From the NCBI GenBank assembly GCA_031279835.1, contig JAITHV010000011.1, forward strand, positions 1 to 44,458: DNA of 44,458 nt, written 5' to 3'. How positions within the stretch are numbered: position 1 is the stretch's first letter; the number at the start of each line of letters is the position of its first letter. The notes under the pieces were generated by a model. It was not told the origin of the DNA. It saw only the letters and a program-made list of their open reading frames with translations, and did not search any database. A program made the translations under genes and the position numbers. This DNA comes from Coriobacteriales bacterium. GTDB lineage: Bacteria > Actinomycetota > Coriobacteriia > Coriobacteriales > UBA8131. This document shows, in pieces, positions 9,955-21,403 of the stretch.

Positions 9955-10479
9955 TTATCCGGCATTGAGCACGGAGACAGACAAGATCTCATCGCCTTTT
10001 TCTAGCGTGTGGACAACCGCGAGCGAGTCTGCGTCCACCGGGTCGCCGAACACTGTGTAGTTAGAGTCCAGGAACGGCTGCGCGCCCAGGCAGAAGTAGA
10101 ACTGAGAGCCAGCCGAGTCAGGCATCGACGAGCGCGCCATGGCCAGCGTGCCGTCCTTGTGCACATTGTCTGGGTTGACCGTCCACTCGCCCTTGATGGT
10201 GTAGCCCGGACCGCCCGTCCCAAGCGTCGGGTTGCCTCTGCGCACCTCGTCTGCTGTGAGGTCGCGGGTGTTGGGACATCCGCCTTGAATGACAAAGCCC
10301 GGCTCATGGCGATGGAACTTTATCCCGTTATAAAACCCACTCTGGGCAAGCTCGACGAAATTCGCGACGTGCACAGGCGCGCCTGAGCTGTTGAGACGGA
10401 CAGAAATGTCGCCTTTAGTCGTATGGAAAACAGCAACCTCGCTGCCGTTCGGCTGGTATTCCGGGGTGTACAAAGCCAT
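9955..10479 (-). CDS. Cyclophilin-type peptidyl-prolyl cis-trans isomerase
   Basis: FYNGIKFHR..PGFVIQGG, GTLAMAR...DSAGSQFY, LD..YTVFG motifs; AGGAGG RBS. Confidence 0.95.
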   Translation of the reverse strand: MALYTPEYQPNGSEVAVFHTTKGDISVRLNSSGAPVHVANFVELAQSGFYNGIKFHRHEPGFVIQGGCPNTRDLTADEVRRGNPTLGTGGPGYTIKGEWTVNPDNVHKDGTLAMARSSMPDSAGSQFYFCLGAQPFLDSNYTVFGDPVDADSLAVVHTLEKGDEILSVSVLNAG

Positions 10480-10582
10480 GAAACCTCCTTGAAGCTAGTG
10501 CTTTCGTGTAAGGCTCAATAGTACCATAGTGCATGATTGTCGATGGCTGAAGAGAAAAGGCCTCGTCCTGGCCAGCAGTTCG

Positions 10583-11233
10583 TCACGAGGACCCGTCAGC
10601 GCGCGGCATGTTGCCGCTGAGGATCCGGCGCTCCATCTCGAGCAGCTCGTCAGGGGTGTTCACATTGATAAAGGCGCCGCCGCGCGGGTCGGCCGCAAGC
10701 GTCATGTCGTGGTCGAACTCGACGACGCGCACGCTGCCATACCAGGAAGTGGCGCGGGTCTGGCCCTGCCTGAGGGCGGCATGCACGATGGGCAGGCAGG
10801 TCTCGCGGCGGTACACCGCATGAAACGGCTCGTAGCCGTGGCTGGTCACGGGCACAGCGATATCGGCACCGCTTTCTGCCAGGGCGTCACGTTCTGCCAA
10901 GAGCAACGGGGCAGAGGGAAACACCATGTCGCAGGCGACAACGCCCACATAGGGGCACGAGGCGTACAGCAGCGCGGTGTACAGGCCGTTCAGGGCGCTG
11001 CGCTTGTCATAGACGTCGCTGAACATCTGGAGCTTGTCATAGGTGACTTGTGCGCACAAGAACGCCAGGCTGCGCTTGTCGTTGGTGGTGACGATAAGCT
11101 CGTCCGCAATGCCCCCCAGGCGCTTTAAGCCACGGCACAGCATGGGAGAGCCAATAAACGGCACCAGCGCCTTCGGCTTTCCCATTCGCTTTGACTCTCC
11201 GCCTGCCTGGATCACTACGGCCAACTCGTTCAT
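10583..11233 (-). CDS. mobA: Molybdenum cofactor guanylyltransferase MobA-like
   Basis: IQAGGESKRMGKPKA, VACDMVF, EPFHAVY, FINVNTPDEL motifs. Start is ATG 11233 or 11242. Confidence 0.85.
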   Translation of the reverse strand: MNELAVVIQAGGESKRMGKPKALVPFIGSPMLCRGLKRLGGIADELIVTTNDKRSLAFLCAQVTYDKLQMFSDVYDKRSALNGLYTALLYASCPYVGVVACDMVFPSAPLLLAERDALAESGADIAVPVTSHGYEPFHAVYRRETCLPIVHAALRQGQTRATSWYGSVRVVEFDHDMTLAADPRGGAFINVNTPDELLEMERRILSGNMPRADGSS

Positions 11234-11488
11234 AAAGAACATTATAGCATTTTGAGCAACGTTTTGTGAGCTTGAATGCAGGTTCTCTACTGCATGTGAC
11301 CGACATCTGGCCGAGGAGCGGAACGGGGCAGCCATGCCACGACAAGGGGTGTGCGCGCGACAAAAAGGTCACTGCCACACGATGGCGACTCACGTGCCGC
11401 TCAGCAGCGAGCCCATGGCGCACCGCATGTGCGCCGCACACCGAGCGCTCTGGCCAGATGGGAGGTTGTTTTAGCATGTCATCAACTC

Positions 11489-11518
11489 TTCACATGCAAG
11501 CGGATATCCTGTTACAAT
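11489..11518 (+). promoter_or_regulatory. Putative sigma70 promoter of the PFOR gene
   Basis: TTCACA (11489-94), 18-nt spacer, TACAAT (11513-18) with extended -10 TG. Confidence 0.55.
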
Positions 11519-11668
11519 TGTTGAAGGGAGTGATGATTGGTAGCTTGTTTCCCAAATCCCACACTGATCCTACGCCGACAAGACGGGGTTGCGCTGTTTC
11601 GCCTGCGAAGCACTGGTGCTGCACGGCATCAGGCGAGACAAACGGCCTTGACGCGGCATGCCCCGTAA

Positions 11669-15283
<3,615 letters not shown>

Positions 15284-15308
15284 GACCAAGCGCGTGTTTT
15301 TTTCTCCG

Positions 15309-15350
15309 GAGGGGCCCGTCGGCAACGGCGGGCCCCTCTTGTGTGCTTTT
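15309..15350 (+). terminator. Intrinsic terminator after nifJ
   Basis: gaggggcccgtcg-GCAA-cggcgggcccctc 13-bp stem followed by ttgtgtgctttt. Confidence 0.75.
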
Positions 15351-15358
15351 CAGGCGCC

Positions 15359-16651
15359 TCAGACGTAGCGCAGGCCGTTGACGATCTGCTCGAGGAGCCA
15401 CAGTGCGCCTTCCGGCCCATACAGCTGCTTGCGCGTGATGTCAAGGTAGCTGAGAGACGGAAACCCGATCTCGATCCCGCAGGTCGCATGGCCTTCCATG
15501 CGGCAGGCAGCGATGGTGTCGCCGTCTGCCAAGACGAGCTGAGAGGGCGTGCTCACGATACGGCGCCCCAGCGCTCCTTCGCTGCATATAGCCTCAAGAT
15601 AACGTCGCAACGCGTCACCATGACCAGAATCCTCGCCCGGCAAGAGCTCTATCGCCTGCGGCACCATGCCGAGGTACCCGCTCAGCCATCGCACGAACGG
15701 GTAAGCCATCGAAGGTGTCGCGCGCAGCGAGTAGTAGGCGCCTTTGGGCAGGCCAAGGCGTGAGGAAAAGCGCGCCAGGTGCAGATAGGCGCAGGCACGG
15801 GCCTTCTCCATCTGCAGGGCTGCCGCAGACGGGTCTGCGCCCAGGGCAGCGCAGACGTGCTGGACAAACGACTCGGTCGCCTCAAAGCCGATGGGCTGCC
15901 CCTCCTCTACGCACAGCCACGGCGTCCCCCACTCGACTGCAAGCTTGCGTGCCGTCAGCAGGCCGGTCTCGGGGCACACCACGACATTGAGCTCTGCCTC
16001 GCGAGCGCGACAGACCGTCTTGAGGCCGTCCCCAGCCCCCAGTGCGCTGATCACTTCGATGCCGCAGAGCATGAGCAGCTCGCGCAGCGTCGCGTAGTTG
16101 TGCTCGTAATGCTTCTGGCTCAGGTTCAGGCCGAGAAGGTTGACCGAGCAAGGAGTCTTGGGGACCTCGGGCAGGGCAAGCGTGTCGAGCATGCTGTTGA
16201 CCGCCAGCTGGAACCCGTCGCCATAGGCGCCTGACGAGCCGGTGTTCTCGATCGCGAGGTGCAAGACGTCGTCCAAGGCGCCGGCGAGCAGTCGTTCAAG
16301 GTCGTCGCCGATCAGGGCGGCGCCTGGCGAGTTGACCACTGCGATGAGCGAGAAGCCCTTTGAGGCCACCACGCGCAGCGTCTCGTCGAGCTTCTGTGCG
16401 CTGCCGAAGACGTAGTCGTCGCCGTCTAGGTACGTTGACGGCACGCGTGGCTGTCCGAAGTAACAGCGGTCGGCGTACGAGAGTGGGTCGTAGTCTGCCG
16501 AGCGCGGGAACTGCGCGTCAGACACGGCGCTGTGAAAAAACTTGCAGCCAGTCGGCCCGTTGAGCACCACGGCTGCGTCGGCCACGCCCTCGAAGGCGAA
16601 GATCGCGCCCGTCAGGCTGTCAGGAAAGGTGCTTGCGATATAGGTCGCCAT
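15359..16651 (-). CDS. Nitrogenase component 1-like oxidoreductase subunit (NifK/BchB/BchZ-like)
   Basis: LNGPTGC, STYLDGDDYVFGSAQKL, LIGDDL, SVNLLG, PIGFEATESF motifs of the nitrogenase component 1 fold. Overlaps the upstream fusion gene by 32 nt; GGAGG RBS. Confidence 0.88.
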   Translation of the reverse strand: MATYIASTFPDSLTGAIFAFEGVADAAVVLNGPTGCKFFHSAVSDAQFPRSADYDPLSYADRCYFGQPRVPSTYLDGDDYVFGSAQKLDETLRVVASKGFSLIAVVNSPGAALIGDDLERLLAGALDDVLHLAIENTGSSGAYGDGFQLAVNSMLDTLALPEVPKTPCSVNLLGLNLSQKHYEHNYATLRELLMLCGIEVISALGAGDGLKTVCRAREAELNVVVCPETGLLTARKLAVEWGTPWLCVEEGQPIGFEATESFVQHVCAALGADPSAAALQMEKARACAYLHLARFSSRLGLPKGAYYSLRATPSMAYPFVRWLSGYLGMVPQAIELLPGEDSGHGDALRRYLEAICSEGALGRRIVSTPSQLVLADGDTIAACRMEGHATCGIEIGFPSLSYLDITRKQLYGPEGALWLLEQIVNGLRYV

Positions 16652-18920
16652 CACGCCTCCATCCTTCCTCGATGTCTATGCGCATCATGTCTGCCCAACG
16701 AGACGCCCGGTAAATCCCTGAGAGAAAGCCCGCGTCGGGGCACAGCGGTATCGTGTCCATAACCACCCCGGTCAAGTCGTCAGAGAACAGGTAGTTGCTG
16801 ATAAGGACGTCGGGGTCGATGTCGCGCACCTCTGCGGTGCGCTCCAGGGCGTCGAACTCCAGTTCAGTCTGCAGCACTTGGATCTGATCGATGAAGCGGC
16901 TCACAAAGCGGTTTTCTTGTGAATATGCGAGTATGCCCACATAGGCAATTTGCATGCCGAGGTCCAAGGCGGTGGACAAGATCCAGTCGATGTTGTGGTT
17001 GAAGGTCACTATCATGAGCCTGCGGCCTTCGAGGATGGGCCGCAGCTGCTCGACCAGCGCGTCATAGCGCCTTTGAAACGTCTCCACGATGCCCGACACG
17101 GCGTCCTCGCGGCCATAGCGCGCGGCAAGCTCGGCAACCCAGGCCTGGCTCTCGGCAAAGCCGATCGGCATGGCCTTGTCGAAGAAGACCGCGCCGAACT
17201 CCTCTTGCAAGTAGTCTCGCAGGCCGCGCCCCATGTAGTCCTCGTTCGCAAGGAGGTTGAGCGGCGCCTTCATGAAGCCGCGCAGCTGCTCGTAGCTGGT
17301 CTCACAGATAAAGCGGCAGTTGACCCGAAGGCCGAGCTGGACAAGCACCTCGGTCACGAAGTCGAGATTGCCTTCGGTCGCGTTCGCGATGGTCTTCTCG
17401 GCAACGATGTTCACGAGGTCGGGCTCGGTGCTGACGCCGCGCTCGATCAGTTCCTCGGCGATGTGCTGGTAGGCGAGAAAGATGCCTTGGAGATGATCGC
17501 CCGTCAGGTTTCCGTCGGCAGCAAGGGGTATGACGCGCGTCTGGTCGTTGCCGAGGGCGCGCGTTGCCTCAATGTCTTCGCCGATGATGCCACTCGGGCA
17601 GGTGGAGACCACAAAAACGGCGGGCGGACGACACGCCACAGCCTGCTCCACGCGCGCGCGCAGCTTGTCGCTGCCTCCAAACACCATGACGGCCTCGCTC
17701 ATATCGGTACTGAAGATGGGAGGCGCCGTCAGCATCGGCAAGACCGTGCCGCGCTCAAGGAGGTGGCGGCGCGAGAGCGACGTGATCGTCTGAAAGGCGA
17801 TATGCGCGCAGCTCTGTGGCCCGTGCGCGACGCTCAGGCAGTCGGCGAGCTGTGTGGTGATGGAGAGAACCCCGTTGAAGGCACAGCCGTGCAGCGGCTC
17901 CTTGGCTGCGACGCTCTTAGAGACGAGCGGGCTGGAAGCAGGCGGCGCGGGCGCGGCGCGGAACACGTCGCCTCCGGAGGCGCCGTTGCTGTTGTCAGCG
18001 TAGGCATCGCTGCTGTCGGTGTGGGCAGGCACTTCGCAGGTTGGCGCAGGCACTTCGCAGGTTGGCGCAGGCGCGGCTCTCTTTGGTGCGGGCGTGAAGG
18101 ACGTCGGCGGCCTTCTCCCCTCCAAAACGCACTCTTCCAGCGCCCGGTCGCCAAGCGGGCGCGCATGGCACATGGCCGAGTCGTCGCACATCCTCTCGGC
18201 GAGCGCGCGCAGCGTCTCGGCCAGCGCAGAGCCTGGCGTGTGCTCAACAATGCAGCGCATGGCGCGCTCGCTGGCTGCGAAGGTCTCGTCTCGCGGCAGT
18301 GCGGCGACGATCGGCAGGCCTGCCGCTTCGGCGAATCGCTCAACCCGCTCAAGCTCGCCGGATCCTCCTCGCGCGTTGAAGACCAGGCCGCCGACGCGGC
18401 CGGCCTCTGCCTCGTAGTTCTGCATGCCGCGCAGGATGTTGTTTGCCGCGTATATGCTCATAAACTCGCCGGAGGTGACGATGTAGACGCGGTCGGCGTA
18501 CTCGTTGCGTATGGGGACTGCGAAGCCGCCACAGACCACGTCGCCGAGCACGTCGTAGAGAATGACGTCCCAGTCGCGCCCGAACACCCCTAGGCGCTCC
18601 AAGAGCTCGAAGGTGGTGAGAATGCCGCGCCCTGCACAGCCGACGCCGGGCTCTGGGCCGCCCGCCTCAACGCAATGCACGCCGAAGGCGCCCACGCGCA
18701 CGATGTCGTCGGCCGCGTGCTCTCCCGGCGGCGCGTCGCGTATATAGTCGAGCACCGTCGGAGGAGAGGCGCCGTGGAGCAGCAGGCGCGTCGAGTCGTG
18801 CTTGGGGTCGCAGCCGACTTGCAGCACGCGCTTGCCGAGCGCGCCCATCGCCGCAGCCACATTGGCCGCAATAGTGGACTTCCCTATCCCACCCTTACCA
18901 TAGAGCGCAATTTGTGACAT
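16620..18920 (-). CDS. Fusion of a NifH-like Fe protein and a nitrogenase component 1 (NifD/BchN-like) domain
   Basis: N-terminal IALYGKGGIGKST, GCDPKHDST, EAGGPEPGVGCAGRG, DVLGDVVCGGF; Pro/Ala linker; then GCAF, HGPQSC, STDMSEAVMVFGG, STCPSGIIGED. ATG 18920 has an AAGGAG RBS. Confidence 0.92.
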   Translation of the reverse strand: MSQIALYGKGGIGKSTIAANVAAAMGALGKRVLQVGCDPKHDSTRLLLHGASPPTVLDYIRDAPPGEHAADDIVRVGAFGVHCVEAGGPEPGVGCAGRGILTTFELLERLGVFGRDWDVILYDVLGDVVCGGFAVPIRNEYADRVYIVTSGEFMSIYAANNILRGMQNYEAEAGRVGGLVFNARGGSGELERVERFAEAAGLPIVAALPRDETFAASERAMRCIVEHTPGSALAETLRALAERMCDDSAMCHARPLGDRALEECVLEGRRPPTSFTPAPKRAAPAPTCEVPAPTCEVPAHTDSSDAYADNSNGASGGDVFRAAPAPPASSPLVSKSVAAKEPLHGCAFNGVLSITTQLADCLSVAHGPQSCAHIAFQTITSLSRRHLLERGTVLPMLTAPPIFSTDMSEAVMVFGGSDKLRARVEQAVACRPPAVFVVSTCPSGIIGEDIEATRALGNDQTRVIPLAADGNLTGDHLQGIFLAYQHIAEELIERGVSTEPDLVNIVAEKTIANATEGNLDFVTEVLVQLGLRVNCRFICETSYEQLRGFMKAPLNLLANEDYMGRGLRDYLQEEFGAVFFDKAMPIGFAESQAWVAELAARYGREDAVSGIVETFQRRYDALVEQLRPILEGRRLMIVTFNHNIDWILSTALDLGMQIAYVGILAYSQENRFVSRFIDQIQVLQTELEFDALERTAEVRDIDPDVLISNYLFSDDLTGVVMDTIPLCPDAGFLSGIYRASRWADMMRIDIEEGWRRDGDLYRKHLS
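18025..18072. repeat. 21-bp tandem repeat x2.3 in the NifH-NifD linker (PAPTCEV)
   Basis: gcaggcacttcgcaggttggc at 18025-18045 and 18046-18066, plus gcaggc. Confidence 0.9.
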
Positions 18921-19112
18921 GTGTCTCCTTAAATTCGTCAATACGGCAGCATAAAACAAAGGAAGATGCCCTTGTGACAAAACACGCGCGTTGGTGTGTA
19001 AAGCCCTGTGGTGCCAAATGCAGCGCCCGAGAGGCGCTTCTCAGTGCCCGCTTACATCGTAACGCATCCGTTGCGGTGCTGCTCCTGGCGCGCCCTGACA
19101 AACGGCAGCAGG

Positions 19113-21221
19113 TCAGTGCTCGAGAACATAGGCGACAAAAGCGTCTGGCTCCAACGGCCTGCTGAAGTAGTATCCCTGGAAGTACCGGCACCCGATTGCC
19201 GTGAGCGCCTCGACCTGCGCGGCCGTCTCAACGCCTTCTACAATGATCTTGAGGTCGAGCTGGCCGGCAAGCTGGACGATGGATCGCACGATCTCCTGCT
19301 GGCGTACGTCGTCTGCGATGTCACTCACGAGCGAAGTGTCTATCTTCACCGAGGACACGCCGTAATCCGTGATATAGGTCAGCGACGAATAGCCCATGCC
19401 CATGTCGTCAATGGACAGGCTCACGCCCTGTGCGCGCAGGTCTTTGAACAGGTGCTGCATCGTAGTGCCCGACCGCACCGCCACGTGCTCGGTTATCTCG
19501 AGCTCGAGCTCGCCCTCGGCGATCCCGTGCTTGTTAAGCAGGCTGCCGATGAAGGCCGGGAACTCAGGGTCTTGAGCCAGGTGGCGCGGGTTGAGGTTCA
19601 CCGACAACACCGGCGGCGCAATGCCGAGCGCCTTCCAGCGCGCAAGCTCGGCGATGCCGACGCCTGCCACCCAACGCCCGAGCTCGACCGAGAGGCCTGC
19701 CTCATCGGTCATTTCGACAAGCACGACGGGCGACACGGCGCCGTGCTCAGGGTGCGTCCAACGCAAAAGGGCCTCGGCGCCGACGACGCGCCCCGCCGCG
19801 TCGGTCTTTGGCTGATAGACGAGGCGGAAGGGCAGTTGTCCCGAGTCGAAGTACTCATGGAGCTCGACGGCAAACTCGCGGGCGGTGTCGCCCAGCGCGT
19901 CGCGCCGCATGAGCAGCGAGGACTGCTCGTTTTCTGCCGCGTCGAGCGCTACAGCCTTGAACCGGTCGAAGCGCGCGCGGTCGATCGCCTGGTTGCGACG
20001 CTTGACCCAGCGCACGAAGGGCAGGTAGACAAGCACCGACACCGCGAGACACACGCCTTGCAGCAGCGCGCCCGCCACTGAGCCGGTTGCCAGGTAGCCG
20101 GATGCGACAACCGGTGTCGTCCAGCCTGGGCTTGCCGTTATCGGCGGCACGATCCCTGAGCCGAAGGCAACAAGGCACAGCGCGGCGTTGAGGAGCGGCA
20201 CGCCGACGAAGGGCACGAGAACAAACGGGTTGAAGACGAGTGGCAGCCCGTAAAGCAAGGTCTCGTTGACGTTGAGCAGCGAGGGGAACACCGAGGCCTT
20301 GGCAATGCGCCGCCCATGCTGGCGCGAGCCGACGATGAGCAGCGCGGCCAACAGCCCGAGCGTGGCGCCACAACCGCCCAGGTTGATGAAGCTGAGGTAG
20401 AACTCCTTGCTGGCGAACAGCGTCTCGCCCGGCAGCGCCCCCGCGCCGGCCGCAAGCGACGGGAAGGTCGATATCACCGTGTCGGTGCCGTGCACGCCAA
20501 AGAACCACAAAAGCTGCGACAAGAACACGGTGCCAAGCACCGAGAGCGGGTTGTCTGAGATGAGAAACTCTTGGGCAAATGCCCCGAACGCCTTGCTCGC
20601 CGCGTCGATCTCAAAGACCTCGACGTACAGCACCCGCGCGACGGCAAAGGCAGCGAGGGTCGCCGCGAGGGGAAATATGGAAGCGAAAGCCGAGCGCACC
20701 TGAAGGTTGGCGAAGCGCCATGCCATGCGATTGGTCACCAGGCGCCGCCACAGGCGAGCGCTCGCAAAAAACAGGGAGGTTGCGGCCAACGCGGTAGCCA
20801 GCGCATAGAAGACGCCCGTCCTGCCGGGATGCGGAAAGTCAAGGACGGTGTCGCCGGGAGCGTCCCACACGAAGGCCGCGACATAGCAGGCAAATGCCGT
20901 GAACATCACGACGAAGCGGTTTGTCTCCCCCTTCTTGACAAGCTGGTCCTCACCAGCGAGCTCAAGGCTGACCGAAAGCAGCGCGGCAAGCCCCACGACC
21001 TCAAGCGTAGCGAACTTGACGGCAGCAGTAGCCGACATCCAGTAGCCGTTGGTCATGGCGTTGAGGAAGTCATGGAACGGCGGCACCGGCAGGCCGGCGA
21101 GCGCGGTCGCGAAGGCACCGATAAGGACCACGGGTATGATGTTGACAAGCCCGTTGCTGATCGAGCGGACGTAGCGGTTGTCCGCAAAAGCTGATGCGAC
21201 TGTCTCAGGCACCCTGGGCAT
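19113..21221 (-). CDS. PTS EIIC (cellobiose/chitobiose type) - EAL phosphodiesterase fusion
   Basis: N-terminal multi-TM EIIC with WFFGVHG, GGCGATLGL, NVNE..LYGLPLVFNP. C-terminal YQPK, EALLRW, SVNL, ELEITE, IDDMGMGYSSL, VKID, EGVET, QGYYFSRP. Start is uncertain (ATG 21221 chosen). Confidence 0.9.
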   Translation of the reverse strand: MPRVPETVASAFADNRYVRSISNGLVNIIPVVLIGAFATALAGLPVPPFHDFLNAMTNGYWMSATAAVKFATLEVVGLAALLSVSLELAGEDQLVKKGETNRFVVMFTAFACYVAAFVWDAPGDTVLDFPHPGRTGVFYALATALAATSLFFASARLWRRLVTNRMAWRFANLQVRSAFASIFPLAATLAAFAVARVLYVEVFEIDAASKAFGAFAQEFLISDNPLSVLGTVFLSQLLWFFGVHGTDTVISTFPSLAAGAGALPGETLFASKEFYLSFINLGGCGATLGLLAALLIVGSRQHGRRIAKASVFPSLLNVNETLLYGLPLVFNPFVLVPFVGVPLLNAALCLVAFGSGIVPPITASPGWTTPVVASGYLATGSVAGALLQGVCLAVSVLVYLPFVRWVKRRNQAIDRARFDRFKAVALDAAENEQSSLLMRRDALGDTAREFAVELHEYFDSGQLPFRLVYQPKTDAAGRVVGAEALLRWTHPEHGAVSPVVLVEMTDEAGLSVELGRWVAGVGIAELARWKALGIAPPVLSVNLNPRHLAQDPEFPAFIGSLLNKHGIAEGELELEITEHVAVRSGTTMQHLFKDLRAQGVSLSIDDMGMGYSSLTYITDYGVSSVKIDTSLVSDIADDVRQQEIVRSIVQLAGQLDLKIIVEGVETAAQVEALTAIGCRYFQGYYFSRPLEPDAFVAYVLEH

Positions 21222-21325
21222 GATGCAACATAATAGCGCATGAAAAGGTCGCGGGCGGGCGCGGCACTGACAGGGTTGACAGGTGGCCAACGTCAGAATG
21301 AACGAACCATCATTAAGCGGATCTA

Positions 21326-21334
21326 TGCTATAGT
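21326..21334 (+). promoter_or_regulatory. Extended -10 promoter element for HD-GYP gene 1
   Basis: TGcTATAGT about 70 nt upstream of the ATG. A near-identical context (ctatgctacactg) precedes the paralogue. Confidence 0.5.
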
Positions 21335-21403
21335 GAAAAAAGCACGGCCTGGGGGCAGCCCCGCATGACGCGGCGGCTCACACACGAAAGGGGCACACTG
21401 CCT

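Noticed and set aside
11462-11488. Imperfect inverted repeat before the PFOR -35 as a Rex or FNR site
   Set aside because: Spacing and sequence do not fit TTGTGAA-N4-TTCACAA or TTGAT-N4-ATCAA.
16950-18593. Long antisense or alternate-frame ORFs (e.g. 16950-18593, 39087-40451, 3870-4988, 19008-20081, 24221-25189)
   Set aside because: These are shadow ORFs opposite well-supported genes, expected in high-GC DNA, with no recognisable motifs.
15359-18920. Calling the locus a true nitrogen-fixation (nifHDK) cluster
   Set aside because: The K-like chain lacks two of three P-cluster Cys, the D-like chain lacks the FeMo-co Cys, and there are no nifB/E/N genes in the window.
19000-19020. Sigma54-like TGGCAC element on the minus strand upstream of the NifH fusion
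   Set aside because: GG-to-GC spacing is 9 nt rather than the required 10, and the TTGC box is absent.
18960-19110. Possible SAM or Moco riboswitch upstream of the nitrogenase-like genes (gccctgtg, ggtgccaaat fragments)
   Set aside because: The fragments are on the wrong strand, and the core SAM-I and Moco elements are missing.
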